Below, in pieces: positions 48,147 to 58,320 of a stretch of DNA of 64,000 nt. The translations under genes were made by a program, and so were the position numbers. Origin of the DNA: a bacterium (lineage in GTDB: Bacteria > Hinthialibacterota > Hinthialibacteria > Hinthialibacterales > Hinthialibacteraceae); NCBI GenBank assembly GCA_963662285.2, contig CAXXMV010000001.1:672001-736000 (forward strand), given 5' to 3'. The notes under the pieces are model-generated. The model searched no databases and had not been told where the DNA came from. It saw only the letters and a list, made by a program, of their open reading frames with translations. Numbering within the stretch: the stretch's first letter is position 1; the number at the start of each line of letters is the position of its first letter.

Positions 48147-50159
48147 TTGGGATTCAAGAAAGAATTAAATCCCCAGCAATACGAAGCTGTCACCCATGAA
48201 TCAGGTCCATTGCTTATCCTGGCCGGAGCGGGCAGCGGCAAGACCCGCGTAATCGCATATCGAATCGCTTATCTGGTTCAGCGCTGCAAAATTCATCCAT
48301 CGCAAATTCTGGGCGTGACCTTTACCAATAAAGCCGCCAACGAGATGCGTGGGCGAATTACATCATTGATTGGCAAGAAATCCACGGAATTGACGCTTGG
48401 CACTTTCCATTCCCTGGGTTTACGCATCCTACGCCAGCATTGCGGAAATATCGGCTACCGGCCTAATTTCACCATCTACGGTGAAGGCGACCAACTCTCC
48501 ATTATCCGCACTCTGCTCCGGGAACACCCCCAGAAGCGTGAGAAATTCGATGTCGGTATATTGCTATCGCAAATCAGCAATCATAAAAATAATGCGGTTG
48601 ACGGTAATGCTGGTTATCCGACTTTCGGCGACAAATACGATCTGGTTTTTTCGGATATTTATGAGGGATACCAGCAGCAACTACACGCCTGCCAGGCGGT
48701 TGATTTCGACGATCTGATTCTGCTGCCCATTCAGTTATTGCAGAATCATTCTGAGGTACGCGCCGAATACCGCATTCAATATAAATATCTGTTGGTTGAT
48801 GAATATCAGGATACTAACCACGGCCAGTATAAACTGATACAGTTGCTGGCCGGGAAAGACCCGAACCTGTGCGTGGTAGGCGATGACGACCAGAGCATCT
48901 ATGGCTGGCGGGGCGCCCAGGTAGAGAATATTCTGCGCTTTGAGAAGGATTTCCCTAATGCCAAAGTAATAAAACTGGAGCAGAATTACCGATCCACTCA
49001 AGTTATTCTGGAAGCCGCGCATAATGTCATAAAAAACAACTATAAACGTCAAAGCAAGCAACTGTGGACAGCACGGGGACGCGGGCGGAATATTGATGCA
49101 TTCGTGGCTCAAGACGAAAACGATGAAGCCAAGACTATCGCCTGGCGCATCCGGACCATAAAAGAGAACGCCAACGCCCTGTGGAGCGATTTCGCGGTGC
49201 TATATCGCAGCAACCTACAGTCGCGCTCTATCGAGAGCGCTTTGCGCATCAACGAGATTCCCTATGAGGTGGTGGGAGGCTATGAGTATTTCGAGCGCAA
49301 AGAGGTTAAGGACATCGTGGCTTATTTAAGGACTATCAATAATCCCGGCGATGATCTCAGCCTGTTGCGCATCGTGAACTATCCCCGGCGGGGCATCGGC
49401 AATAGTACAATTGTGAAACTATCTGAAGAAGCCCATGCTAAAGGCGTTTCGATTCATCAAACTTTGCGCTCAGCCAGGGATGACGTTAACCTGAGTAAAC
49501 AAGCCCGTAGCGGCATCCATTCTTTTGTGGAGATGATCGATGACCTGCATGACTACCGTGAATCATGCAGCATCCCCGATCTGGTGAAGAAGACTATTGA
49601 GCATTGCGGCTATAGGGATGAGCTGATGCGCACTATCGACGATGCAACCACGGTGGGCATCAAGATTGAAATGGTGGATGAGTTGGTTTCTGCAGCTGCG
49701 GCGTTTGTAGAGCATCGCCCCAAGGGACGATTGATTGATTTCATCGACGCCATATCTCTGGGAGATGAACCTACGCAAAACAACGACAAGCGGAAGAATG
49801 ACAACTCCGTGTTGCTGGTCACGCTGCACAGCGCCAAGGGTTTGGAGTTTCCATTCGTGTTCCTGTGCGGGATGGAGGAAGACCTGCTGCCCCACTCTCG
49901 ATCAATGACGGAACTGAGCGAAGTAGATGAAGAACGGCGCTTGTGTTATGTCGGCATGACCCGCGCTCAGCGCCATTTAACCTTGAGTTTCACAAAAGTG
50001 CGTAATAAATTCGGCCGTAAATCGAACCGTAAGCCCTCGCGTTTTGTGAAAGAGATTCCCGAACATCTTCTATGCAAGCAATTCAGCCATAGCCCGTTCT
50101 TTTTCGACAAACAGAAACTACCTGATATAAAAGCAGAAGAAGAGATTTCTGAAGATTGA
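48147..50159 (+). CDS. uvrD: UvrD/Rep/PcrA ATP-dependent DNA helicase (host copy)
   Basis: AGAGSGKT, TFTNKAA, VDEYQDTN, VGDDDQSIY, NYRS, TLHSAKGLEF and EERRLCYVGMTRA. Confidence 0.93.
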   Translation: MGFKKELNPQQYEAVTHESGPLLILAGAGSGKTRVIAYRIAYLVQRCKIHPSQILGVTFTNKAANEMRGRITSLIGKKSTELTLGTFHSLGLRILRQHCGNIGYRPNFTIYGEGDQLSIIRTLLREHPQKREKFDVGILLSQISNHKNNAVDGNAGYPTFGDKYDLVFSDIYEGYQQQLHACQAVDFDDLILLPIQLLQNHSEVRAEYRIQYKYLLVDEYQDTNHGQYKLIQLLAGKDPNLCVVGDDDQSIYGWRGAQVENILRFEKDFPNAKVIKLEQNYRSTQVILEAAHNVIKNNYKRQSKQLWTARGRGRNIDAFVAQDENDEAKTIAWRIRTIKENANALWSDFAVLYRSNLQSRSIESALRINEIPYEVVGGYEYFERKEVKDIVAYLRTINNPGDDLSLLRIVNYPRRGIGNSTIVKLSEEAHAKGVSIHQTLRSARDDVNLSKQARSGIHSFVEMIDDLHDYRESCSIPDLVKKTIEHCGYRDELMRTIDDATTVGIKIEMVDELVSAAAAFVEHRPKGRLIDFIDAISLGDEPTQNNDKRKNDNSVLLVTLHSAKGLEFPFVFLCGMEEDLLPHSRSMTELSEVDEERRLCYVGMTRAQRHLTLSFTKVRNKFGRKSNRKPSRFVKEIPEHLLCKQFSHSPFFFDKQKLPDIKAEEEISED

Positions 50160-50327
50160 TCAGATTTCCGCTACTTGCTTTTCGGGCTGCTTTCCCGCAC
50201 TATATTTATTGGATTGTATTCATAGGTTATTCTTGGTGGGCTACGCTTCGCTTTTAGCCCACCCTACGCGTAGGCGTGTTTAATCAAGGGCAAACAAAAC
50301 ACTGGTGATGGCTATTGGAGGAATACT

Positions 50328-51569
50328 ATGCAGTGGCGTGAATCAGCGAATTTGAGTTTGACTATCCGGGGAATTTTCTTTGCATTTCTTTCAGGAGTAT
50401 TATTAATGACTACATCCAGCGGCGCCGCCGAACTTACAGTTAATGATTTTTCTTTTGATCAACCTCTTGGCTCAGCAGGAACCAGGATTGAACAAATCGC
50501 TGAAAACCACTTTCTGGTAAAACTGGGACATGCTCCCCAACATACTGATTGGAACAATAAACTGCAATTCAAAATTCTGCGCAACGCCAAAGGCAAGCAG
50601 TTGCGTCTGGATGTTGTCTTTGAAGGCGGCGATGCGTATATCTTCAATGAATACTATAATTCCTGGTCTTATGACGGAATCAACTGGACTCCCATACAGT
50701 GGCAAGAGCATAGCAAAGATTCCCAAAAAGGTGATACGCTATTTTTCCCTGTTTTTAATGAAGATGTGGTTTATGTAGGTCATCAAACGCCGATGTCTTA
50801 TGAAGATTCATGTTCATTGATCGAAGGTTGGCGCCAAAGCCCATACGTCAGCGTTCATCCTATTGGCGAATCACTCGGAGGCCGGATGATTCAACGGATT
50901 ACTATCACCGATCCCCGGAGTCCACATGATGCAGCATCCCGCTGGGTGCATTATTTCGCCAATCAACATCCCGGCGAGCATAACTCGCAATGGCGCATGG
51001 CCGGTATGGTGGATTGGCTGCTGAGCGACGAAGCGGTTGATGCGCGGAAACGTAGTATATGTCATTTCATAATGATGATGAGTCCTGATGGTCCATCAAA
51101 CGGGTGGTACCGGGTTAATGGTCAGGGAGTGGATATGAACCGCTCTTATAAAGTGGATGGCGCCGGTTCTGATAATCAGGCCCATGAAGCCGCATTGTGT
51201 CAAAAAGATTTGGAATCGCTGATGGCCTCGGATTCGCCCGTGGTTGATTTATGGAGTATGCACACCTGGGGAGGCATTGTAGAACCAATCGTGATCCCCG
51301 GACCGGAGATGGGCTCAGCTGTCGGCCCCTGGACCGACTTAAGGGACCTGATAGAGAGCAAAGACTCAGAGAACCTGGTTAAACCATTGGCTGAGAGTAC
51401 AGCCCAAAGAACGCCCAGCCATTGGACCTGCGGCCCTCACCTGCAATTTGGTATAACCGCTGTTTTATGCGAAGGCGGCGGCGCGATTTATACCAAGGAA
51501 GAGCATATAAAATCCGGCGTCGCCTTGATACGCGGGGTGATTGAGTATTATAAGGGCGTTAAACAGTAG
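50328..51569 (+). CDS. M14 zinc carboxypeptidase-like protein
   Basis: QHPGE, PDG...R.N...DMNR, SMH and terminal CEG motifs. Confidence 0.8.
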   Translation: MQWRESANLSLTIRGIFFAFLSGVLLMTTSSGAAELTVNDFSFDQPLGSAGTRIEQIAENHFLVKLGHAPQHTDWNNKLQFKILRNAKGKQLRLDVVFEGGDAYIFNEYYNSWSYDGINWTPIQWQEHSKDSQKGDTLFFPVFNEDVVYVGHQTPMSYEDSCSLIEGWRQSPYVSVHPIGESLGGRMIQRITITDPRSPHDAASRWVHYFANQHPGEHNSQWRMAGMVDWLLSDEAVDARKRSICHFIMMMSPDGPSNGWYRVNGQGVDMNRSYKVDGAGSDNQAHEAALCQKDLESLMASDSPVVDLWSMHTWGGIVEPIVIPGPEMGSAVGPWTDLRDLIESKDSENLVKPLAESTAQRTPSHWTCGPHLQFGITAVLCEGGGAIYTKEEHIKSGVALIRGVIEYYKGVKQ

Positions 51570-51589
51570 GGGATAACGTCAAGCAGTTG

Positions 51590-52468
51590 CTACCGCTTTT
51601 TGACAGGGTAAATCATTCGAGACGAAACAGTCATGGTTCGTGGTTTAGTAACAGGATTAATGACGGTTTCTAGTTTTGCTATTACTTTTTCGAGGATGGC
51701 AATCAACTTATACAAATTATCGTAATCCACCCGTCTTTTATTTAGTTGTTTATCCAATGAATGCATAACATTCTCGAAGGCGACAACATCCATAGGGTCT
51801 ATGTCGTCGGGAACATTGATCTGGTTATCTTTGATAATAGAGAAAGCCCATTCGATAGCCCGCACCGCAGAAGACTCAGGTTTAATTTTTTTATCTTTAA
51901 ACTTGCTGCAAAAGAACTGCTGCACAGATGAAGAGAATTGATCGCCTAAATACACTTCACACTTAAAAATATCTTTCTGGGCTATTAGTTGTCCAACCAC
52001 GGATTGTAGAAAAACCATTAACAATTCATTAATAACAGACCTTTCCGGAGTAGCATCACCTTTTAGTAGTGCGGCGAATTGCTGTTTGGCCTGATATAAC
52101 GCCAGCCCATGCCGGGAGCAGATATCCATCTGCTCTTTCAAATATTGCGCATTGTCTTTATTGTCTTGCTGGGTAAAATCGGTAAACCGTGACATAGAGA
52201 GCCACTGAATATATTGAGTTGAACTTTGAATCGAAGTTTGACATGCGGCGTAACGCTCATCCTCTTTCTTCGCTAGTTCATCTAAATTATCACGGTCGCC
52301 TTCATCATCAACTACCTGCTGCATTGTATTCTGAATAGAATCCGAGATTATATTACCCTGAGCGGTTGACTCGAAAACATCATGAGACGCTATGTAAGGA
52401 TTCTCTTCTACATAGTGATTAACAATGCTCTCTTTAACCTTATTAGCTGCATATACATGAACACGCAT
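51590..52468 (-). CDS. Hypothetical helical protein
   Basis: 292-aa ORF filling the intergenic gap; no recognised motif. Confidence 0.65.
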   Translation of the reverse strand: MRVHVYAANKVKESIVNHYVEENPYIASHDVFESTAQGNIISDSIQNTMQQVVDDEGDRDNLDELAKKEDERYAACQTSIQSSTQYIQWLSMSRFTDFTQQDNKDNAQYLKEQMDICSRHGLALYQAKQQFAALLKGDATPERSVINELLMVFLQSVVGQLIAQKDIFKCEVYLGDQFSSSVQQFFCSKFKDKKIKPESSAVRAIEWAFSIIKDNQINVPDDIDPMDVVAFENVMHSLDKQLNKRRVDYDNLYKLIAILEKVIAKLETVINPVTKPRTMTVSSRMIYPVKKR

Positions 52469-52697
52469 TTAAGTTCTTTCTAAAATAATAAGAAAACCTG
52501 AATGATAATTGATATGATGGTTCATACTAAACCTATAAAGAAAAATATTCAATAAAAGCACAACCATCTAAACATATTAACTTATAGAATAAACCATGAT
52601 CCTTCATGATCCATCTTGCAAATAACGGTAAACATATAGAATATGTATTCAGACTTTACTTTTCAATAAATGATGAGTCGGCCTTAAAGACTAAACA

Positions 52698-54113
52698 ATG
52701 GGAGAATACGCTGTGACGCAAAAAAACCGACGAGAATTTTTATCACTAGCCGCAGGCGCCACCGCTGGAATTATGACTACAGGTTGCATTCATACTCCCG
52801 CCATCAAAAAAGGCGCCTCATCAAAACAACGCCCCAATATTCTCGTAATTCTGGTAGATGATCTGGGATATGGTGATTTAAGCGCATACGGCGCCCCGGA
52901 TTTAAAGACGCCCTACATTGATCAGTTAATCGCTGAGGGTATGCGATTTAATTATTTTTACGCCAACTGCCCGGTATGTTCGCCGACCCGCGCTTCACTC
53001 TTGAGCGGTAAATATCCTCACAAGGTCGGTGTCCCCGGCGTAATCAGGACTCATGCAGAGGATTCCTGGGGATATCTTGATCCTAATAGCGAGTTGATAC
53101 AGGAGACGCTGCAATCAGCTGACTACACAACTGCCTTGATAGGTAAATGGCATTTAGGCCTAGAAAAGCCGAACACGCCCAATAATAGAGGCTTCGATCA
53201 TTTCCATGGCTTCCTGGGCGATATGATGGACGACTATTTCACTCACCGGCGCCATGGCATCAACTACATGCGCCTTAATGATAAAGAGATTGATCCCAAA
53301 GGTCATGCGACTGATCTGTTCACCAAGTGGAGTTGCGATTTCCTACGCCAGCAAAGCAACGCAGAAAAACCCTTCTTTATGTACCTGGCTTACAACGCTC
53401 CACACAGCCCGATTCAACCGCGTGAAGACTGGCTTAAGCGAATCCAAGAACGTGAGCCGAATCTTGATCCACAACGAGCCAAGTTCGGCGCTTTAACCGA
53501 GCATCTGGACGATGGCATCGGCCAAGTTATGCGATGCCTCAAAGAGATCGGGCTAGACGACAATACTCTGGTTATCTTTTCAAGCGATAATGGCGGAAAA
53601 ATACATTATGGCGCCAGCAACTATCCACTGCGCGGTGAAAAGGGCAATCTCTATGAAGGCGGCATCCGAGTGCCAACCGCCGCGCGATGGCCGGGCAGGA
53701 TATGCCCCGGTTCCTGCTCTGAGCGAATCGGACTAACTATGGATATCATGCCCACCATTCTTGAGGCGGCGGGCGTTAAGTTAAAAAAGGAAATCGACGG
53801 AGTCAGTTTTTTGCCGACCCTCAGGGGATGTTATCAACCTGAAGAGATACGTGATATTTTCTTCATCCGGCGTGAAGGCGGCGCCTATAAAGGCGGGACA
53901 GTCGAGGCCATTCGCCGGGGCGACTGGAAAATCATGCGCCCCATGCCGGGCCAGCCGCTTGAGTTATATGACCTGAGCAGTGACCCGCGTGAATATATGA
54001 ATAAAGCGACAGTTGATGTAAGGAAATATATCGAGCTTAGTAAACGGCTTCATGCTGAGATGGAGACATATAATGACACTCCCTGGCAGCCGACTGACAG
54101 ATGGAAAAAATAA
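52698..54113 (+). CDS. Tat-exported Cys-type sulfatase
   Basis: RREFL; PNILVILVDDLGYGD, CSPTRASLLSG, GKWHLG and SDNG motifs. Confidence 0.95.
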   Translation: MGEYAVTQKNRREFLSLAAGATAGIMTTGCIHTPAIKKGASSKQRPNILVILVDDLGYGDLSAYGAPDLKTPYIDQLIAEGMRFNYFYANCPVCSPTRASLLSGKYPHKVGVPGVIRTHAEDSWGYLDPNSELIQETLQSADYTTALIGKWHLGLEKPNTPNNRGFDHFHGFLGDMMDDYFTHRRHGINYMRLNDKEIDPKGHATDLFTKWSCDFLRQQSNAEKPFFMYLAYNAPHSPIQPREDWLKRIQEREPNLDPQRAKFGALTEHLDDGIGQVMRCLKEIGLDDNTLVIFSSDNGGKIHYGASNYPLRGEKGNLYEGGIRVPTAARWPGRICPGSCSERIGLTMDIMPTILEAAGVKLKKEIDGVSFLPTLRGCYQPEEIRDIFFIRREGGAYKGGTVEAIRRGDWKIMRPMPGQPLELYDLSSDPREYMNKATVDVRKYIELSKRLHAEMETYNDTPWQPTDRWKK

Positions 54114-54176
54114 TTGCCGCCTGAAGATTAAGAATAATACAAGCAAAATATCGAACCGCTCATCGAGTAAAATAAT

Positions 54177-55337
54177 ATGAGAGAGAAATACCTGGTTTTT
54201 GGCGCGCCTGAGATTACCAGCGCGGATATCAAAAAAGTTACAGCCGCCCTCGAAAGCGGTTGGATCGGCACAGGTCCACAGACCGCAGCTTTGGAACGTA
54301 CATTCTGCGAATACAAAAAGGTCCCTTTCGGAGCTGCGCTCAGTTCGTGTACTGCAGCGCTGCACCTGAGCATGATGGCCCTGGGAGTAAAAGCAGGCGA
54401 CGAAGTTATCACCAGCCCGATGACTTTCTGCGCTACAGCTAACGCTATCGTTCACACCGGCGCCCGGCCCGTCTTCGCTGACATTGATCCATTGACAGGC
54501 CTGATTGATCCTGAGGATATCACCAGACGCATCACGCCGCGCACCAAGGCTATATTGCCCATCCACCTGTGCGGACGACCATGCCCTATGGATGCTATCG
54601 TGGATATCGCTCAAAAACATAAACTGCAAATTATTGAAGACTGCGCCCACGCCATAGAGACCACCTATCACGGACGCCATGCTGGATCATTCGGCGCCGG
54701 GGGCTGCTTCAGTTTTTACGTCACCAAAAATATCACCTCTATCGAAGGAGGCATGCTGATCACGCGCAACCAGGAACTGGCTGATAAGGTCAAGACTCTA
54801 GCGCTGCATGGTATGACAGCTGATGCATGGCAGCGCTTCTCGGACAAGGGATATAAGCACTATGAAGTTGTGCAGCCCGGTTATAAGAATAACCTGTCTG
54901 ATGTCCAGGCGGCGCTGGCGTTGTCGCAAATGGAAAGGATTGAGACAAATCTCAAGCGGCGTGAAGCGATATGGCTCAGATATGACAAGGCTTTCTGCGA
55001 CCTGCCCTGCCTGATCCCTCCAGCGCAGCAAGCCAATACCCGACATGCGCGGCATCTTTATACTTTGCTATTGAAACTGGAAGAATTGAGCATCACCCGC
55101 GATAAATTCCTGGAAGAACTGCATAACAGAAATATCGGCGCCGGAGTTCATTACCGCTCGCTGCACCTGCATAAATATTACCGGGAGACATTTGATTATA
55201 ACGCTTATGATTTCCCCCATGCGCTATGGCATTCAGACAGGACGGTATCATTGCCCCTGTCTCCCGCTTTATCAGAACAGGACGCAATGGACGTTATTGA
55301 AACCGTAACGGATATATTAAATGAATTCAAACGATAG
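54177..55337 (+). CDS. DegT/DnrJ/EryC1/StrS sugar aminotransferase
   Basis: SSCTAALHL, IIEDCAHA and FSFYVTKNITSIEGG motifs. Confidence 0.95.
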   Translation: MREKYLVFGAPEITSADIKKVTAALESGWIGTGPQTAALERTFCEYKKVPFGAALSSCTAALHLSMMALGVKAGDEVITSPMTFCATANAIVHTGARPVFADIDPLTGLIDPEDITRRITPRTKAILPIHLCGRPCPMDAIVDIAQKHKLQIIEDCAHAIETTYHGRHAGSFGAGGCFSFYVTKNITSIEGGMLITRNQELADKVKTLALHGMTADAWQRFSDKGYKHYEVVQPGYKNNLSDVQAALALSQMERIETNLKRREAIWLRYDKAFCDLPCLIPPAQQANTRHARHLYTLLLKLEELSITRDKFLEELHNRNIGAGVHYRSLHLHKYYRETFDYNAYDFPHALWHSDRTVSLPLSPALSEQDAMDVIETVTDILNEFKR

Positions 55338-55521
55338 TTTTTTGCTATTATATTAACGTCACAACCAAAGGCATATAAAAAATATTCTTTTTTTTATATC
55401 AAATATTTTGAATGGTTTTCCTGTGATATAATTATAATATATTCCAAACCATTGAATTGGAATATATCGTTTATGAACATTTTATTCGTTTAGAAGACGC
55501 TCCAAGGACAATACGCCAAAT

Positions 55522-56547
55522 ATGAAAACGAACGAAGAAATTCTTAAAGAACCATATGTAATAGTCGCCGATTTGAGCGGCGCTCCATTACCGGCAACTC
55601 TAATCAAGATGGATAATACCCTCGCTAGTTTCACGGTTGACGGGTATTTGGATTTGAGTGATACCGTGCTCTGCTGTCCTCTTGACGAGGAATATTACTC
55701 CAGTCTTCCTCCACTCGAAGAAATACGCAATCACGCCCAACGTATAACGGGTAAGATCATTCGTATTGAGGGGAATGATAAATACACTATCCGCATAACC
55801 ACTCAATCAAATAAAACACAATCTGTTTTCAGTTCAGGAAGCACAGTTATCGAGAAAAACGAAGAAGATGATTACTCTGTCAAAGCAATACTACGGGGAA
55901 GCCCTAATCTGGATAAGTTCGTCCGTTTCCATGATCTCATCAAAGAATTATCCACCAGGCGATTGAATATCATAATTGATCTATCTGGAGTCGACCGATT
56001 ACCACAGACAGCGTCAGCCATATTTTCTGACTTAATAAATCAATTAACAAGCATAAAACGACGCATCGCTATAGTAAAAGGGGATATCATAGGCTCTCGT
56101 TTTATGGACGAGCAATCCCAAAATAAATATGTTCATCATTTCCGGACATCCGAAGATGCGACCAGATACTTTCAACGCTTCCCCATCAGCATCTTGGTTG
56201 TTGAAGATGATCCAACTACCCAGAAGACCATCAAAGAATTATTGAAAAAGCAAAAATACTATCCCATCATCGCCTCCAGCGGAGAAGAGGCGTTGCAAGA
56301 ATTGCAAGACCAGGATGTAAATCTAATCCTGATGGATTTTTACCTGCCGGGCATGAATGGCATGGAGACCGTGGATCAGATCAGAAAAATCAAAGCCCAT
56401 TCCGATACGCCCATCATTATGGTCACGGTGGAATCTAACCGTGAGATTGTAAAATCCGGGCTTGAACTGAAACTGAATGGCTATGTTCTTAAGCCTTACT
56501 TGCCGGATGTCCTGTTCCGGAAAATAATCGCCGCTTTGACCGATTAG
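55522..56547 (+). CDS. Response regulator with STAS-like domain and C-terminal receiver
   Basis: IIIDLSGV (STAS-like); ILVVEDD, LILMDFYLPGMNG and YVLKP. Confidence 0.85.
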   Translation: MKTNEEILKEPYVIVADLSGAPLPATLIKMDNTLASFTVDGYLDLSDTVLCCPLDEEYYSSLPPLEEIRNHAQRITGKIIRIEGNDKYTIRITTQSNKTQSVFSSGSTVIEKNEEDDYSVKAILRGSPNLDKFVRFHDLIKELSTRRLNIIIDLSGVDRLPQTASAIFSDLINQLTSIKRRIAIVKGDIIGSRFMDEQSQNKYVHHFRTSEDATRYFQRFPISILVVEDDPTTQKTIKELLKKQKYYPIIASSGEEALQELQDQDVNLILMDFYLPGMNGMETVDQIRKIKAHSDTPIIMVTVESNREIVKSGLELKLNGYVLKPYLPDVLFRKIIAALTD

Positions 56548-56561
56548 AACGGTTACAAGTA

Positions 56562-57311
56562 TCAATCGAGTATCAACCGTTCACGCTTGAAACGTCTGGT
56601 CAAGATTTTGATAAAGACCAGATCGACCAATAATATTGCACTCAATAAAACCACCAGAAACATATTCAATCCCAGGTTTTTCAACATCTCTTCGATAGGC
56701 TTCATACTTTGTTCGGGGATGTATTTTGAAACCAAAGGAACAACGAAGATTGGCAAAAACCAAATGCTCATCATGATCAGCCCGATGGCCTGCTGGGCCT
56801 GCTTCACCGTTGCCGCCCGCAGAGAAATGAAGATGCCGATACTGGTGGCGAAAACAGCAACCAGAATACTGGCGATCACATTAGCCGCCGCAATTGTAAG
56901 AGGAGGCAGGATCAGTTTTTCATCGCCATGAATAATATTTACGCTGATCAACATTAAGATAAAAATCAGCATTGACATGCCCCAGCCATAAAGCACAATG
57001 GTAGTTATTTTGCCAAAGAGAATTGCTTTATCCGGCAGACGCGTGGCCAGCATGGTTTCGAGAGTATGCCGTTCGCGCTCTCCGGCGAACGAATCGGCCA
57101 CGATTTGCATAACGATAAACAAGGGCATAAAAGAGAAAATGAACATAACGGCGGGAAATTTTTCTATGGAATCCCCCATTTGCAGCGGTATGAACACGCC
57201 GAAAATTCCAAAGAAAACCGCCAAGCCTATCCATTGAGCGCGGGTTCCAGCGATTATGTGAATCAGTTCGGTTGCTTCTTTCCAGACCACAGATTTGATA
57301 TCCTGAATCAT
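56562..57311 (-). CDS. ABC-2 type exporter permease
   Basis: ADSFAGERERHTLETMLA..LFGK; about 6 TM segments. Confidence 0.9.
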   Translation of the reverse strand: MIQDIKSVVWKEATELIHIIAGTRAQWIGLAVFFGIFGVFIPLQMGDSIEKFPAVMFIFSFMPLFIVMQIVADSFAGERERHTLETMLATRLPDKAILFGKITTIVLYGWGMSMLIFILMLISVNIIHGDEKLILPPLTIAAANVIASILVAVFATSIGIFISLRAATVKQAQQAIGLIMMSIWFLPIFVVPLVSKYIPEQSMKPIEEMLKNLGLNMFLVVLLSAILLVDLVFIKILTRRFKRERLILD

Positions 57312-58240
57312 TGGTTGTCCTCCATCAGCGCCAGGTAAGCGTCTTCCAGGCTGGAACTGCCCTTGCGGATTTCTTCTATCTCCGCGCCTTGCTCGATCAT
57401 CAACCGAACCAGCGGCGCCATGCGGGAGTCAGGGTTCAACTGAAGCGTCAGGCAACCCTCTTTTACTGAAGCGCTTTGCACTTCGTTGAGGTCATGCAGG
57501 CTGGCTAATAAACCGTCAGAAAAGTTATCGCCGAACACTTCGACCTGCGCCGATCCGGTTGATGCGCGTAGTTGGTCGGGACGTCCCATCGCGATCAGTT
57601 TACCTTTGCGAATAACGCCCACCTGGGAACATAATTTTTCCGCTTCGGCCAGATTATGAGTAGTTATAAATACCGTCACGCCTTCCTGCGAGGTGAGGGT
57701 CAAAAGGTCTTCGCGCAGTGCGGCGGCGGCTTCCGGGTCGAACCCGGCGGTTGGTTCATCAAGAAAGAGCAGCGCGGGACGATGAAACAGGGCGCGGGCG
57801 ACCGCCAGCTTTTGCTTCATACCCCGGCTCCATGTTCCAACCCGTTCTTTGCGCCGATCCCATACATCCAACTGAGTAAGCAACTCTTTGATGCGAGATT
57901 GGCGTTCAGCGCTAGACATGCAGTAGATGCGCCCCATGAACTCCAGGTTCTGCTCAGCGGTCATGCGTTCGTATAATCCGGTATGCTCCAGAAGAGCGCC
58001 GGTGTTTTGACGAACCATATCCGGCTGAGTCTTGACATCGACTCCCATGACATTGGCATTACCAGCCGTCGGCGCCAGAAGCCCCAATAAGAGCCGTATA
58101 GTAGTCGTTTTGCCTGCGCCATTAGGTCCGAGAAAGCCGAACACGCTGCCAGCGGGGATTTCCATTGTAAGGCCATCCACAGCGCGTATGGTTGCAAAAT
58201 CAATCGTCAATCCATCCGTTCTAATCGCGTATTCGCTCAT
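57308..58240 (-). CDS. ABC exporter ATP-binding protein
   Basis: GPNGAGKTT, WSRGMKQK and LDEPT motifs. Confidence 0.93.
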   Translation of the reverse strand: MSEYAIRTDGLTIDFATIRAVDGLTMEIPAGSVFGFLGPNGAGKTTTIRLLLGLLAPTAGNANVMGVDVKTQPDMVRQNTGALLEHTGLYERMTAEQNLEFMGRIYCMSSAERQSRIKELLTQLDVWDRRKERVGTWSRGMKQKLAVARALFHRPALLFLDEPTAGFDPEAAAALREDLLTLTSQEGVTVFITTHNLAEAEKLCSQVGVIRKGKLIAMGRPDQLRASTGSAQVEVFGDNFSDGLLASLHDLNEVQSASVKEGCLTLQLNPDSRMAPLVRLMIEQGAEIEEIRKGSSSLEDAYLALMEDNQ

Positions 58241-58320
58241 TCAACTCTCCATTTTTTATTAAAAAAACACAAGAGGATCATCATATATAAAGACGTTCAG
58301 TATTCAGAAAAGATTCAAAA

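Noticed and set aside
53964-54680. 238-aa minus-strand ORF
   Set aside because: Antisense shadow of the DegT aminotransferase and sulfatase genes
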